Origin: Octopus bimaculoides
Lineage: Eukaryota
NCBI RefSeq assembly: GCF_001194135.2
Contig: NC_068982.1
Coordinates: 171,169,640 to 171,233,639, forward strand
Reading direction: 5' to 3'
Length of the DNA: 64,000 bases
Below are positions 1 to 15,433 of the stretch, in pieces. Position 1 is the first letter of the stretch. The number at the start of each line of letters is the position of its first letter. The translations under genes and the position numbers were made by a program. The notes below the pieces were generated by a model, which was not told where the DNA came from, made no database searches, and saw only the letters and a list, made by a program, of their open reading frames with translations.

Positions 1-285
1 ATATATATATATATATATATATATATAATACATATAGCTATGTATGTATGTATGTACGTATGTATATATGTATGTATATGTTTGTGTGTCTGTGTTTGTC
101 TCACCGTCATCGCTTGACAACCAATGCTGGTGTGTTTACGTCTCCGTAACTTAGCGGTTCGGAAAAAACAAATGATAGAATAAGTACTAGGCTTACAAGG
201 AGTAAATCCTAGGGTCTATTAGCTCGATTAAAGGTAGTGCTCCAGCATGGCCCAGTCAAATAAATCAATAGAAGAATAATAATAA
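1..285 (+). mobile_element. tRNA-derived SINE family A, 3' part (window starts inside its internal TA/TG tract)
   Basis: Matches 34075-34560 and 39012-39312: cgcttgacaacc.atgctggtgtgtttacgtc...cttagcggttcgg...gaataagtactaggcttaca...gctccagcatgg...cagtcaaat. Confidence 0.9.

Positions 286-287
<2 letters not shown>

Positions 288-350
<63 letters not shown>
288..350 (+). repeat. (GTA)n microsatellite
   Basis: About 20 direct gta units. Confidence 0.97.
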
Positions 351-351
<1 letters not shown>

Positions 352-2699
352 TTTTTATGCAATTACTTTAGAACAATATTAAATTTCGTTTCTCATCATT
401 CTGAAACCAAAATTTACAGGATTCAATTTTGAGATGATAAAGCAACACCATAGCCTGCAAAATATAAAACCTGAATCAGTACTAGCAACTCGCAAAGATA
501 ACATCATGCTCACAACTAGAAGCTACAACATCATACCAGCAAATCGAAATCAAAACCTGATTTAACTCCGACCATTACAATTTTATATAAGGATTCGATT
601 TCTCTTCAAAACGATTTTCTTGACAAAAGAATGTTAGTTCCTAAATTTGTACTTTAAAACTGGGGTCTAAGTACTCCATTAACAGTAAAATATTTATCTT
701 TACAATTATCTGGACACATCGATCCTATCTTCTGGTTTGACTCAGTTAGCTGACATCACTACATCTCCCTTGATCAGTACGAACATCATATTTTCTCATT
801 TAACTTCTCTTTGTTATAGAAATACAATCTCAAATAGTCAGTATTCTTCAGTAAATATTTTGTGACAGATATAAAAGTAACTACAGTATGCAGACGCTTG
901 ATTAATCAACAGGAAAGTTAAACATAACTGAATTACGTTATCTTGATTTAGATATTATAGATATTAAGTCATAAATTCTGCGAATCCAAGCTCATTAAAC
1001 TATTTGAAAACTTACCTGCGAGAGACTAGCTAACCATCCTTCGAAATATCTTTTTCTATACCCTTCTTAACGGTAGAAAACTAGATCCATGGTTTCATGA
1101 ATGTTCTGAAAGATTTACTATATTTATGTACAAGTGAAATCCGTCAAAACGTTCTAAATTATCGAGCCAGCAGAAAATTATATTTCCGTTCCTTTCATCA
1201 TTGGACTTGTCTCTTGGAATTATCATTTTCTGAACGTTCTAAAGAAATAGCTATATTAAGTAACTGGAACTACTGAATCTACGACAAATTATCATATGTC
1301 ATTTAGGAAGCCAACAGTAAGCAAGATGAATATTTCGTCTGACTTTTGTAAGATTTCGTGTATTTTGTACTAGTAGACAGTTATTTTGATAAATGCTTGA
1401 TGAGCTACCACTTACAACAAAAAGTGAAACCCAGCAGAAGAACATAATACAATATTATTCCTAAATCAAAGGCTTTAATTTAATATTTCCTACAACTATG
1501 TGAGAGACTTGGATCGATTACACCACGAAATTATATCTTGGTTTCATTTAACCCTAATTTCTGATACGTATCCGCCACATATTTGTGTGTAAAGAAAATA
1601 ACAGTGATTATGAAGAGAAAAATACAAAAAAAAATAATAATAATAATAAGTCCATTGTGGATAATAAATCTATTGGATTATATTTTCAAATGTTATGACA
1701 AAAAGAACCGATTCTTCAGCGTATAACGCTAATGTATTGTAAAGCTTTGTGCACATTGAACAACGAAAAGAAAAACAAATAAGTAAAGCTATACAAATAA
1801 AATTCAAGTGTAAAAAAAGAACAATAGCATCAACAAGGTAAGGACAACATTGGTCAATAAGTATTGTTATAGCGTGTCCGGATCAATTAGGTACTGCTAA
1901 TTTACGTTAAACAATCTCTCTCTCTCTATCTCTGTATCTATCTCTCATACACTAAATAAATAAATGAATAAACAAATAAGTAATTATATATATATATATA
2001 TATATATACATACATAATGTTGATTTCTAACATACGAACAAAAGCCATAACTTGTAGGGAAGTGGGAGTGTAAATTAAATGCTTCATACTACATAGCCAA
2101 TATNNNNNNNNNNNNNNNNNNNNNNNNNNNNNNNNNNNNNNNNNNNNNNNNNNNNNNNNNNNNNNNNNNNNNNNNNNNNNNNNNNNNNNNNNNNNNNNNN
2201 NNNNNNNNNNNNNNNNNNNNNNNNNNNNNNNNNNNNNNNNNNNNNNNNNNNNNNNNNNNNNNNNNNNNNNNNNNNNNNNNNNNNNNNNNNNNNNNNNNNN
2301 NNNNNNNNNNNNNNNNNNNNNNNNNNNNNNNNNNNNNNNNNNNNNNNNNNNNNNNNNNNNNNNNNNNNNNNNNNNNNNNNNNNNNNNNNNNNNNNNNNNN
2401 NNNNNNNNNNNNNNNNNNNNNNNNNNNNNNNNNNNNNNNNNNNNNNNNNNNNNNNNNNNNNNNNNNNNNNNNNNNNNNNNNNNNNNNNNNNNNNNNNNNN
2501 NNNNNNNNNNNNNNNNNNNNNNNNNNNNNNNNNNNNNNNNNNNNNNNNNNNNNNNNNNNNNNNNNNNNNNNNNNNNNNNNNNNNNNNNNNNNNNNNNNNN
2601 NNNNNNNNNNNNNNNNNNNNNNNNNNNNNNNNNNNNNNNNNNNNNNNNNNNNNNNNNNNNNNNNNNNNNNNNNNNNNNATAAAAATAAAACCACTGAAC

Positions 2700-3750
<1,051 letters not shown>

Positions 3751-3814
3751 CATTAATAATAATAATGATGGTGATGATGATGATGATAATAATAATAATA
3801 ATGATAATAATAAT

Positions 3815-3908
3815 AGTAGAAAACACCCGCCCTAGTTGCTACAGAATGGGACTGAATCCGGTACCGTATGGTTCGAAAGCAAACGTCTTACCGCACAACC
3901 ACGCCTAT
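3815..3908 (-). mobile_element. SINE family A, isolated tRNA-like head
   Basis: Reverse strand ggcgtggttgtgcggtaagacgtttgctttcgaaccatacggtaccggattcagtccca aligns with the head of the 34075 copy. Confidence 0.75.
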
Positions 3909-3915
3909 ATGTCTG

Positions 3916-3971
<56 letters not shown>

Positions 3972-4333
3972 CAGATGTATATATATATATATATATATGT
4001 AGGCATACATATATACATGCACACATACATTGTATGCGTGTGCTGGTTCAAAGCACTATCGATATACGTGAGTGAAACTCTTTCATGAAACGAGCTAGAC
4101 ATGTCCCTTTTTTTTCTATGATAATTTATTCGTTATTTTCATGATGCTGACAACGGTATCCATGGTAGTGGTGGTGGCGTTAATGGTGAGTTACATGAAG
4201 TTCATGATGATGTTGATGATTAATTTTTTCATAGAGCATTTTATTATTCGTTTGGAGTTGAATAATATACGCTATTAGGTAAGAAGTAATAATTATCATT
4301 ATTCCCATTACCACTACCAACACCTTCACTGCT

Positions 4334-4335
4334 GT

Positions 4336-4400
<65 letters not shown>
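4334..4400 (+). repeat. (CTA)n microsatellite
   Basis: Direct cta units. Confidence 0.97.
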
Positions 4401-4583
4401 AATACCTTATGAATTCCACTGTTAATCAATGAATCCGTGAAGCGATGATAATCAGGCATGCATAAAAAAGTGCAAACGTTTAACTTTCACCCTCCCTCTG
4501 TTTCTTTTTCTCTTTTCTTTCCTCTCTCTCACTTTCTCTACTTCCTCTCTCTCTAACCCTTTCTTTCTCTCTCTCTCTCTACT

Positions 4584-4633
<50 letters not shown>

Positions 4634-5689
4634 GCCCTTTTTCTTCTTCCCTCTATGTATATCAAACAAGATTCATCCGTCCGCGTAATGTTCGCATATG
4701 GTGAAGCAATGAATGAAACAATAGCGGCGGCATAGGAAAGTATGTTTGTCGCTTTTGAATCAATGACTTATTTGTGTGAAGCCAGATTCATATGCTTTTC
4801 AAATTCTCGGTAAATAATTCAAGGTGTTCAGTTGTTTAGTTATTAATGCCTATGTCTGTGTAATTTTCTCCTTTTTTTTTCCTGTCTCTGTCTGTAAATC
4901 TTTCTCCTCTTTACTCATTCATATCCTATTTTTCGTTCATTTTTTACTTTTTCCTCATTCTGTCTCACCCACTCGTACATAAACACATATAATTTCTAAT
5001 ATTGGCACAAGCCAACATTAAAGGGATTACAGTATGGTCAAAACAGCGGTGTATCTTTTGTACTAATTTTAGCTAGTCACAAATTTAGAGGTGTACGTTT
5101 GTGTATATATTTGTAAACACACACTCACACATGTACACATATGCACATACACATGCACACACAAAAGTATATGCATATTTTCATATACAGGATCTACATG
5201 GTGAGCGTTGCCTATTTTGGTAAAGTGACTCTTCCTGTATACAATGGTACTTGTCAAAATAGTCTTCATTACAATCGATGCTTCTGTGCCATCGTTAAAT
5301 CCATCTCATGAATTCGCTTTGAAAAATTTTATTGTGTACTGTTGCTACTTTCACTTCATTATTTTTTATAGGACTGAGAAGATGGACGTCGGACGTTACC
5401 ATATTCCAGCTCTACAGTGGATTGAGTACTACTAGCTAACCTAAATAGCTGATTACTTTATTTGTTGCCAAAAGTGTGTACGATTATGTATTATCATGAT
5501 GAATGTGAACCATTTTTAACACTTTTTCACTCTCTTCCTTCTAATAGCGTCCGTGACATTTTTTAGCGCCTCAATGTACCATATGCTGGTCACGGTGTAG
5601 CCATGTACTAGAAAATCAAAGCGAATAACGTCGTCAGTATATTAAACTCAGTCACAATGACTTCCTATGCCGATTGCTGACTCTTGAAC

Positions 5690-6325
5690 ATTTTGGCCCA
5701 CCCACGTTTCATCAAGTGTTACCATATCATGAAAAAAGTTGTCGTTATTGGCTTCAACCTCTTTCTCTAGATCAGACCAGATGTCCATTCATTCTTCCTT
5801 CAAATCGAGTGTCAACTGCCAAGCAACCCACATTGCTTGCACTTTCTGATGTCCAAAGTCTCCTATCATCTTCTACAATGCATTGTGATCACAGTACATA
5901 CATTTATGCAGCAAGCTTTGGAGTTCTGGCTCGTCTGTTTGATCAGATCTGTTCTTCTGTGGGATTCCTATCATTAGTCGCAGTTCATAATCATCCACCG
6001 TGTTGTTTTAGTTAAATGCTGGCCTTTCCGCGGTTAGAATTCTTCATCCACCTCTGCGCATTACTTTTTCGATGGTGTCATCTCTGTATAAACAACCTCT
6101 AGCCTTCTGCGGATGTCGGATTCCCTGCATCCCTTCCTTCCTCAAGAACTCAATTAATGACACATTTCTTCTAGTTGGAATCCATTCTTTGTATACAACG
6201 AAGAAGAGCAAGAAGAGTTACAACAGACAAGTAGTTACTGTATCAAAATGTGCAGTCCGAACCACCTATGTCAGATAATAAAAAGTTAGCCGACTTCTGC
6301 ATAACTTTGATAGAGCTCCATGTAT
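5690..6325 (-). mobile_element. Mariner-family DNA transposon fossil (5' half of transposase)
   Basis: Minus strand gives IEFLRKEG...DIRRRLEVVY, then KVQAMWVAWQLTLDLKEE*MDIWSDLEKEVEANNDNFFHDMVTLDETWV, matching the mariner WVPH-L and first catalytic D (vTgDEtW) motifs; has stops and frameshifts and lacks the 3' half. Confidence 0.8.
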
Positions 6326-7362
6326 GTGCTTTTGGTTTTGTGTCTGTGTGTCTATCTTTCTATTTATCTTCCAGTCTATTTATTTGACTATCTTTACATG
6401 GTTCAATCTGCTATCATTAAAATAGGTTATCTCGAATCCATCTCTCTCTTTATATTTGTGTGCATGTGCGTGTATTGTTTATGTAATTATGTATAAATGG
6501 ATAGATATAGATACTTATATGAGAGAGAGAGAGAGAGAGAAAGAGAAGGTAGAGAGAGAGAGAGGGGCATTGAGATAGTTAGATACACAATTATGTACCG
6601 TCGAGTATTACTCATGCCGACATGTTTGCAACACATGTTATATATTTAAAATACATTAATCTCTTACGTTTTGAAAAATAAATAGATAAATTGAAAATGG
6701 ACATTAGAGTTACTAATACGAAATACTTTAAACAAGAAAATAAAAAAGATATTAATAATACAAATTGAAAGCATAGAGAAAAATATTTGTTTTTGCCTTC
6801 TTTATTCATTAATTCAAGCGACCTTACCACAGTTGTTTTCAATAAGAATTATTTTATAGAGTAAAAGTGTGTGGCTTATATTTTCTATTCTTGCCCTGGG
6901 CGATATTGTAGTTTTATCATCACTACATATAGCTATGACAACGTTAGAGAGTGTTACTATTGTGCTATATTTGTTTCGTTTGCTTATTCATTTGATTGCA
7001 ATGTTAATATTTTTGTCTCTTTCTTGTCTTAAAAAGATATGTCTTTACGGCAGAGACTGCGTATTTCTTCAATGCAAGCAAATAAAAGAACAACGTGCAA
7101 AGTCAAAGAATAAACTGGATGTGAAAATCCAACAATGTTACATAATGGGTATGTTACTTGCTATGAAAGATTGCGATCCAAATTCAATTTTAGGTTTTGT
7201 TATTTTACCTAGTACCTTATCGCTGTTGATCAAATATGCAGAAATCAAATCTCGATTCAGCTAATGAATAGAACTGATACACCAGAAAGACGTTCTTCAT
7301 TATGGTCGTTCGATATACAAGAAAGAGCAGCAAACTCAAATCATACATCGTCATAGACTGAA

Positions 7363-7401
<39 letters not shown>

Positions 7402-7904
7402 GAAAGAGAGAGAGAGAAAGAGAGGAAGAAAGAAAGACAGAGTGTGAGACAATGAGAGAGGGAGAGAAATATGCATTGTATAAAACGTTTCTACATAGCT
7501 TTTGCTTCAAAATAAATGATTAGATAATCGCAACTGAACCGTCTTTGATCATAAATTCGTTCAGAGCTGAACTTGGGTTCAAGAACATTAGCAACAACAA
7601 TAGCGACGACGACTAACCAGCTTTAATTACACGTTTTTGCCTGAACGATCCTCGTGAGAACATAAGTCAAACAATGAACTAGTAGTTATAATTCAAGTAT
7701 ATNNNNNNNNNNNNNNNNNNNNNNNNNNNNNNNNNNNNNNNNNNNNNNNNNNNNNNNNNNNNNNNNNNNNNNNNNNNNNNNNNNNNNNNNNNNNNNNNNN
7801 NNNNNNNNNNNNNNNNNNNNNNNNNNNNNNNNNNNNNNNNNNNNNNNNNNNNNNNNNNNNNNNNNNNNNNNNNNNNNNNNNNNNNNNNNNNNNNNNNNNN
7901 NNNN

Positions 7905-7937
<33 letters not shown>

Positions 7938-9940
7938 ATATATATATTATGTAACATGGAGTTGCTGTGAGAGATTTTCTTCTTTTTTCATCTTAGCACA
8001 AGTATACAAATTTTAAGGGGGTAAATGAGTAAAATTCGTCTACTTGAATTCTTTTACTGTCCGTATATAAAATTTACAATTTTTATGCCAACTCATGTTA
8101 TTTTTACGTGTTTTAGTCGTCGGCAATGCCCTTGTTGGCACAATGTATTCTAGGATATTGTAGATTAAATCGGTCCCGGGAAATTAAAATACAAAATAGA
8201 CTATATGGGATTTAAAATAAAAATCGAGAGGAACGTAACCAAATTTCTCAAGCTATTTTGTGCCACATTCTAACATCTCGTGCTATTAATCAGTCTAGGG
8301 CATCAACAAAAAAAACACAGAAACTACTATAATTACAATACCATCATTCATACATTCGATGATATCGGAAGAAATCACTTTGTTCTCTGTACTAAGATCA
8401 GACTAAGACTGACCGGTATAGCATCAAGAAATCAAAGGTCCTACAGCTTGGTAAGATGTGGATGATGGTCACAACTAGAACTACAAATATATGGTCAAAG
8501 ATGATTGTGCACATCAGCAGAAGACACACCGACAGAAACCATAAAATAGAGAGTTAAGTATTATATTTAAAGCATGCCTACTATTGAAAGGTTTGATGAT
8601 GAGCTTTTGCTTGAGATGAAATGTCTTTATAGACATATTATGCTACAAAGACGATTTATATCGAAACGAAGAAAACAACGTCCTAGCAGTTACTCGCAGA
8701 AACATCAATCTCATAGTATATCTGCCATTATGCCTTGTGAATGAGGGTTACACTGCCGTATCATTCCTACGGAAAATTTGCACCTTTCGATATATGGAGC
8801 ACAGAATACAACACTAGAGTATCATGATTTTCAATAGTGTATACAAGTCAGGTATTTTTGGTTGTGTATTCTATTTTAATGTTGATTAAATTGCATACAA
8901 CGAGTTTTATTCAGTTCGCCAATATCAATGAATGTATGGTTCATTTCTATTCATATAACAAAATTGAAAAAGTTGGTGTTGTCATGAGAAAACTGAGTGC
9001 ATGCAAGGGGCAAGAATGCTAAAATACGTCTGACTGTTTTGTGAGTCACTGGTGAGACGATTTTCAACTCTTTTCGATGTATGTTGTATTTTAACACATA
9101 TCTGTAAAAGGATGTTCTTTCAGTACTATGCCTTTCAACTGTGTATATACGTTAAGTGTGATATAACAATGGCGCTATGTATATCTGTGTGTGTGTGTCT
9201 CAATGTTGGATATTTTTTGTGGCTCCATTCCCAAACTCGTCCTTGCATTATGATGTGTATACATTCAAACTTCCCGAATACATTTTGTAACACGTTTTGA
9301 TCAAGTAACTCTCACTGTGAAGAGAATAAATTTTATTAGTATTGCTGTTATTTAGTTTCGCCTGTTAACAAGTTTGGATTTCCTAGTCTTTGTCACTCTT
9401 CAATTTCACAGACTCCTTAAAGAGTTTTGACTCGTTGTAGGCGTAGCAAAAGGCTCTCTGTCTCGAGGCACTGGGAAGGCAGACAGATTACGACAAACAC
9501 CAACGAAAATATCAACATCTGCTGATTCAGAAGACTGCTGGTTCAATAGTGTCCCACCTCGAATAGAAACCTTGCAAATTCCGAAGGATATCATCGCATT
9601 CTCGGTCAAAGTAGCGAACCATGCAGAATCATCCTTTTATCATTACTGCATCTACTTAAAAATGAAGAGAAGCTAAAGGAGGGGAGTGAAGCGAGGCAGA
9701 CCGTTGAGAACTAAACTACGAGATAAAAGAAGCAGAAGTTCGACGTGAGAAAATAAAAGGTGTGCAAACACAAGAAGGAAACTGCATTCAACAGAATTTC
9801 AACTTTACGAGTGAGCAAAATGAAAACGGACTGTATAAAAAGAAAGAGCGAGGGCTAATAAACAGTCAACTTCCCCACCACAACCATTAATGTTCACCTT
9901 ATGTCCTAATTTGAACTCTATAATTTGGAATCTATATTAA

Positions 9941-10090
9941 TTGTCTCAACTGAGTTCAAATTCCGCTGAGGTTGACTTTGCAATTCATCTTACGCGATAA
10001 TTTAAGTACCGATCGAACACTGGGGTCGATATAATCAACTTACCCTTCCCTACATTTGATGACATTGTGCCAAAATTTGAAACCAATATT
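9941..10090 (+). mobile_element. tRNA-derived SINE family B, partial
   Basis: gagttcaaattccgctgaggttgactttgc...aagtacc...cactggggtcgatataatc matches the 59360-59746 copies. Confidence 0.85.
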
Positions 10091-10129
10091 AATACTTTCA
10101 ATCATTAAATCATTTATAATTGTCATCAA

Positions 10130-10255
10130 TGCAATAGATTTTCACAATCGTTAGAGCATCGGATTAACTAAATCGCAGTATCTGTTCCAGATCTTTCGAA
10201 TTTTGAGCTTAATCTCACCGTGACCAACTTTGACTCTCATCCTTCTGTAGCAAAA
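10130..10255 (+). mobile_element. SINE family B, highly diverged fragment
   Basis: gttagagcatcgg...ttttgagcttaatctcaccgtgaccaactttgactctcatccttc follows the family B order of motifs. Confidence 0.5.
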
Positions 10256-13164
10256 ACAAAAAACAAAACAAAGATACAAGTTTGGGGTGGTATACTGGTC
10301 GTAGTGCTGAAGCATTTGACAGTATGTCTTAAGGTATTCTTTCAGGCTCTTTGTGTTCTTAGTCTACCTGTTGCAACATTGATAACAATCTGAATTGACT
10401 CTTGTTTTTCCATTGAGCAGCATCATTGGCATAGAGAAGGAACAGTTATAGCATGGGTAACAGTAAGTCTTCCATAATGAAATAACGGTGCACTACATCA
10501 GACTTTCCAAATATTGACAAATAGTTAACTGTAACTAACATAAGCCTTCAGAATCATCATGAGAGTAACTGTCATCATTGCCAATCTACTGTGTCGTCAT
10601 TATCAAACTACTTTTAGTGGGTATGTCTATATAGTCGTTCGAACTGCTAGAAATAACAAGTCATAATCCCAGCTAAGCTTTCTTATAAAGATTAAGACAT
10701 CTTGAATAACATTTTCTACTATCAGATAAGCAAAAAATTAGGGATTAATTACAGTTGACTTAGAACTAAATGACAAGAACAAAGATAATCATTGTGACCT
10801 ATTTCATTTATTACGGTTTACACAGTAATTATTCTCTATTCTCACATCATTATAACTACCACCCCGCCATCATCATCATCGTTATCGTCCCCATCAAAAA
10901 CACCGCCGGCATTATTGCCGCTGTGGCCACTCCGCCTCACCCATAGTACTACTACTACTACTACTACTGGTTCTAACCGCTTATTTCCCGTGTGCTGTCG
11001 CGATTCAAAGACGTTGTGTCGATCAATGCTAGCCAAATCGAGCAACGCTCACTTTTCCAAAAGACAATGAATAACGAAAAAACAATTAACTTGGAAAGTG
11101 TACAAAAAAAATGGGTCGATAATTAGCTTGCTAATGACTTTAACTCCCAGGAATATCCATTAATATTCTGCATATTATTTGACGATAGAAGCGCTCGTGG
11201 GAAAAACTAAATAAATTGTTAGTAATATTAGTATGAGTGTTGATAGAATTTTTGGAGTACCGGACTAAATTTTTGGTTGAAAGATTATGTTTCTATGAAT
11301 TTTGACTTGAAACCATACAGATGACGACTTTGCCTTTGTCTTTTTTTTTTTTTCGAGCTACATAAAATGAATGCGAGTCATAATGGAGTATACCCTACAC
11401 ACAAACTTTCATTGAAAATACGTGGTTTCGTTCCTTATTTCAGAAATAATTCTCTAACAGCAAGATCGCAATCGATGGGACAATACTATAGGATATAGCT
11501 CAGTCAAACTTTTCGAGAAGGGAACCGCATGACATACGGCTGGTCACTAGGTGGGCCACACTACTAGAATATTCAAGGTAAATTTTCGTTGGGCATGTCA
11601 TTCTGACGGTCCAGCGGGTGCACTATTCTCATGACTGCTTTAGTCCCTTACCTTACGTGTCTGTCTAAAATTTGCTGATGAGAAACTATACTTGTTTAGT
11701 TCCAGGTCAACCATAATTGAACAGCCGTATGATTGCAGGCATTCAAACCATAATCATTCATTTATGTAGATTAATACGCACAAACAAGTATATGGCTAGA
11801 TAGATTATATAGGACCACGCTATCCTTTCTACCTTCCTCTAAGGCAGTAAGATTTATCTAAGGTGATACATTTGCTATTTCTAGTGTATCAAGTGATTGC
11901 GTAGAGGCTCCCGCGATGCCTTGCCTGTCTCGGTGTCTCGTATTTCACGAATATATAATTGGTACCAGCCAAAACCTAACGTCAGTTTAATTGACACACC
12001 CCTTAAACAATTTCGTGGTCTTATTACTATGTTAAAAGCGACTAATGGTATTAGATGATTTTCTCTCATATTTTACTTGGGAAAATTCCACATGGAAGAC
12101 ATGTAGCTAAGTGCAAGCTGACATACTAAAATAGGTGAGTTACGGATATCTTTTTTTTTGTCAACTTAAATTGTAACTCTATGAATAAGGAGATCATTAG
12201 CGTTCATGAAAAGTGATCTTAAATGCGATAAGGTAGAGAACTGACCAAATTTAATTGATCGAAAATTAAATGTGAGTATATAGGTGAGAAGTAGGAAGTT
12301 TGATATTTCGCGTATATGCCGAACAATTCATGAGGTTACCTCTGCAGTACTTGTACTCAGAACGTAAAGAACTGGAACAAATATCGCAGAGCCTTATGTC
12401 TATCATTAACTATTCTGTCAGATTCCCGCCTTGTATTAGGATGAGAAATAAAAACTACAACCTTTGCATACATAGTAAAAGGAAGAAGGTACATGAACTT
12501 CTCATATTTATAAACAGACAGATACCCACAGGTACGCCCTCATACAGAGAGGCACACACAAACACAGACACACACACCATCACAAATACTGTGACACGAT
12601 CAAACGCACAAATGATATTATTATAGGTACAACAACACTAACTACGAAACAATTACACCATCAATAATGATATAATAAAAGAAACAACAGTACAACGACA
12701 ACAACAAAAAGAAACAACAACAAAAGAAACAACAACAACCTGGTTTATCCTCTCCGCTGCGACTGAGATAAATTCCCACTTCCTATTCCAAATTTAGTAC
12801 CGCACCAAAAGAAAAGGTGAAAGTCCGGTTCTTTGCAAAATATATGAACCGAATTGTTTACGAAGAAACATTTGGAAATTTACCAAAAACCATAAGAACC
12901 GAAAGCCTTTTGGCTTGTTTGTTTGTTTGTTTGTTTGTGCTGGTGTTTTTGTTGTTGCTATTTTATGTAGTATTATCGTTATTGCTGTTATTGTTGTTAA
13001 GTTTTATTATCATTTTTATTGTGGTTTATTTTTTAAAGTTTTTGTTTCGGTTGGTAATGTGAAAGTTATTTATGGTTAAACTCGCAGACATTTTGGTGGC
13101 GAGGGATGCTATCAAATTTCTACTTATATTTTAATTTGTATGTTTTTATCGTTCTCCGTTTTAG

Positions 13165-13192
13165 TTGTTGTTGCTGTTGTTGCTGCTGCTGC

Positions 13193-13238
<46 letters not shown>

Positions 13239-13290
13239 GGTGTTGTTGATGATGATGTTGTTGTTGCAATTGTTGTGGTTGTTGTTGCTG
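13165..13290 (+). repeat. (GTT)n/(GCT)n compound microsatellite
   Basis: Directly visible. Confidence 0.95.
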
Positions 13291-13792
13291 TTATCGTTTT
13301 AGCTGCTGTTTAAAATATAATCTTTTTTGTTCTTTTACTTCGATATGTTTGTTGTTGAAATACGCAATGTATGATTTTATTTTATTTTATATATAATTTC
13401 TTCTGAATGTTTGTTTGTGTATGTATGTTTGGCTACCCGCAAGTGTGTGTACATCAGACAAAGAGAGAGAAAGAGAAAGCGGTAGCGCTGGTGACAGGAT
13501 CGTTGGTATGTTTCAAACAAAAAAACTTCATAGTTCCTTATGAATTTACTTCAGAGTAATTGTAGAGGAAAGATCATCTCTGACGGGATCTCAGATCAGA
13601 AGAAAAAGAAAGCTGAAATATTTTATAGTTCTGATTGATCGAGTTTAGCCGAGTCTCAAACAACAAGAACAACTATAAAGTTTATCACTGTTTTACAATC
13701 TTATACACGTTAAATACTTGATAATATACCGTTCTAATATGAACCTGGTTATAGTTACATTTGCTGAATATACTTTTCTTTTTAATCATTAG

Positions 13793-13842
13793 CTGGCCAG
13801 AAGGAAATCATTGCCATGGTCGACCCTGGTTTCCGAAGTCTG
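13793..13842 (+). other. Candidate 50-nt exon, possibly carrying a start codon (MVDPGFRSL)
   Basis: Pyrimidine tract tacttttctttttaatcattAG, exon containing GCCATGG in good Kozak context, donor CTG|GTGAGA. No homology recognised. Confidence 0.4.
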
Positions 13843-14729
13843 GTGAGATCCATAACATTCAATTTTGCCGACTGCAAAAAGAAAAAAAAAAGTGTGAGTA
13901 CATCACACATTTAGTGTGAGGTTAAGGCGTTGAGCACTATGTAAGTGGAGAGACGGTGGTAGGAGTCAGAATTGCTTGAATGGAAGTCAAACAATAACCG
14001 TCAACTATGAGAACAAAGGACCCCGGCAACACCGGTATTTTAGACATACAGAGAGAAAGAAAGAAGGGGACAGACAGGTACAGAAAGTGAGAACGGTGAG
14101 TACGCATGTGGGGAAAACGTTGGAGTGTCTTGTAGGTTGAATTTATACTAAGTATTTGAGTTGTTCTAGAAGTGAGATGCCCACTCTGGGCATCATCTGA
14201 GCGTTATACAGGTTAGTGGCTGTTGGGATTTGAATTATTTTCGAAAATCAAAACGAAAGGTCTGATATTGTGATGCTATGCAGAGCATCATGAGAAGTGA
14301 TCTATTGATTATATTATCAGGTATTTGAAGCGATATGAGGGTTCTGGTTGCGTATTCTTCACCTTTAGGAGGAAGAAATATGTGTAATAATGATTGCTTC
14401 TTAAGTGTGGTGATCGTATCTTTTACTTGTTGAGACTCTATCAGAGATAGTTTGCTCGGTTCATGAAATCAGTGAAAATTTCGAGTGAGGTATCTGGACT
14501 GTATATGATTGTTACTTCATTACAGAAGGCCAGTATCATCTAGGTAGATGTCAGCGCAAGCATAACCGCGCTTTCTGGGAGGGAGAGTGCGAGGGATAAG
14601 ATTAAACCGTGTGAAACGCGTGAATAGACTGAGTGTGAGTCAGGAACCATTTGAGGCGACAAGGTGATTAGACACAGAAAAAATGTGTTTAAGAGAACTA
14701 TCTCTTATATGATAATCTTTTTTTTTAAT

Positions 14730-14935
14730 TTTGGCATTAGGCCACCAAGTTCAGGAAAGGGGGAAAATTGATCATATCATCATTGGAGTTCAAATGGTAC
14801 TTATTTAATTGAGCCTGAAAAATGAAAGGCAAAGTCGGCATCAGCGGAATTTGAACACAGAACTGAAAGACTGACGAAATACCGCTAAGTTTTTTGTCCG
14901 GTGTGCTAACATATTCTGTCAACTCACCACCTTCG
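14730..14935 (-). mobile_element. SINE family B
   Basis: aatgaaaggcaaagtcggcatcagcggaatttgaacacagaac...gacgaaataccgctaag...ccggtgtgctaac. Confidence 0.85.
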
Positions 14936-15358
14936 TCCCAGATATCATAATAAAATGAGATGCAAAAATTCATAAAAATTAAAAAATATTATATTAGTAT
15001 GGGAAAATAGAAGAGAGAAATGATTGGATTGGTGTAAAAATGAGAACATTGTAAGTAGAGATACTACAGGGTGTTGACTTTTTCTGATTTATGAAATTAA
15101 TCATGAAATGTGATGATTCCTGATTAATATGTGTAAAATATATTATGAGCCTTAAGCTAACAGCGAAAAACTAGGCCATCCAATGCTACCACACACGCGC
15201 GCGCGCGCACACACACACACACACACGCAAAATTGATTAGGTACAACAGATGAGTTACTGGCAGAGGCTGAGAGAACTGAGGCGGTACTCCGAAAGTGAA
15301 TGGTTTCAAAAAACATTACAGCAGATATTTATCTGAGTTAGATTAACTGACACTGCAG

Positions 15359-15433
15359 CAGGAAACACATAAAAGAGTAGTTCTGTCCAACTCGCTATTT
15401 CACCAGAAACAATTCCGAAGAGAAAGCTGGAAA
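15359..15433 (+). other. Candidate 75-nt phase 0-0 exon (QETHKRVVLSNSLFHQKQFRRESWK)
   Basis: taactgacactgcAG acceptor (weak pyrimidine tract), open frame, donor AAA|GTGAGT; frame-compatible with 13793-13842. Confidence 0.25.

Noticed and set aside
1012-1070. Minus-strand donor CAG|GTAAGT with a short open frame (GYRKRYFEGWLASLSQ)
   Set aside because: Acceptor is weak and an in-frame stop lies just upstream; a lone consensus donor is expected by chance.
5370-5435. Acceptor-like tttttatAG followed by MDVGRYHIPALQWIEYY*
   Set aside because: Very short, with no donor or homology.
15245-15295. MSYWQRLRELRRYS resembling a CR1/L2-type LINE C-terminal motif
   Set aside because: Only about 14 residues; too short to call.
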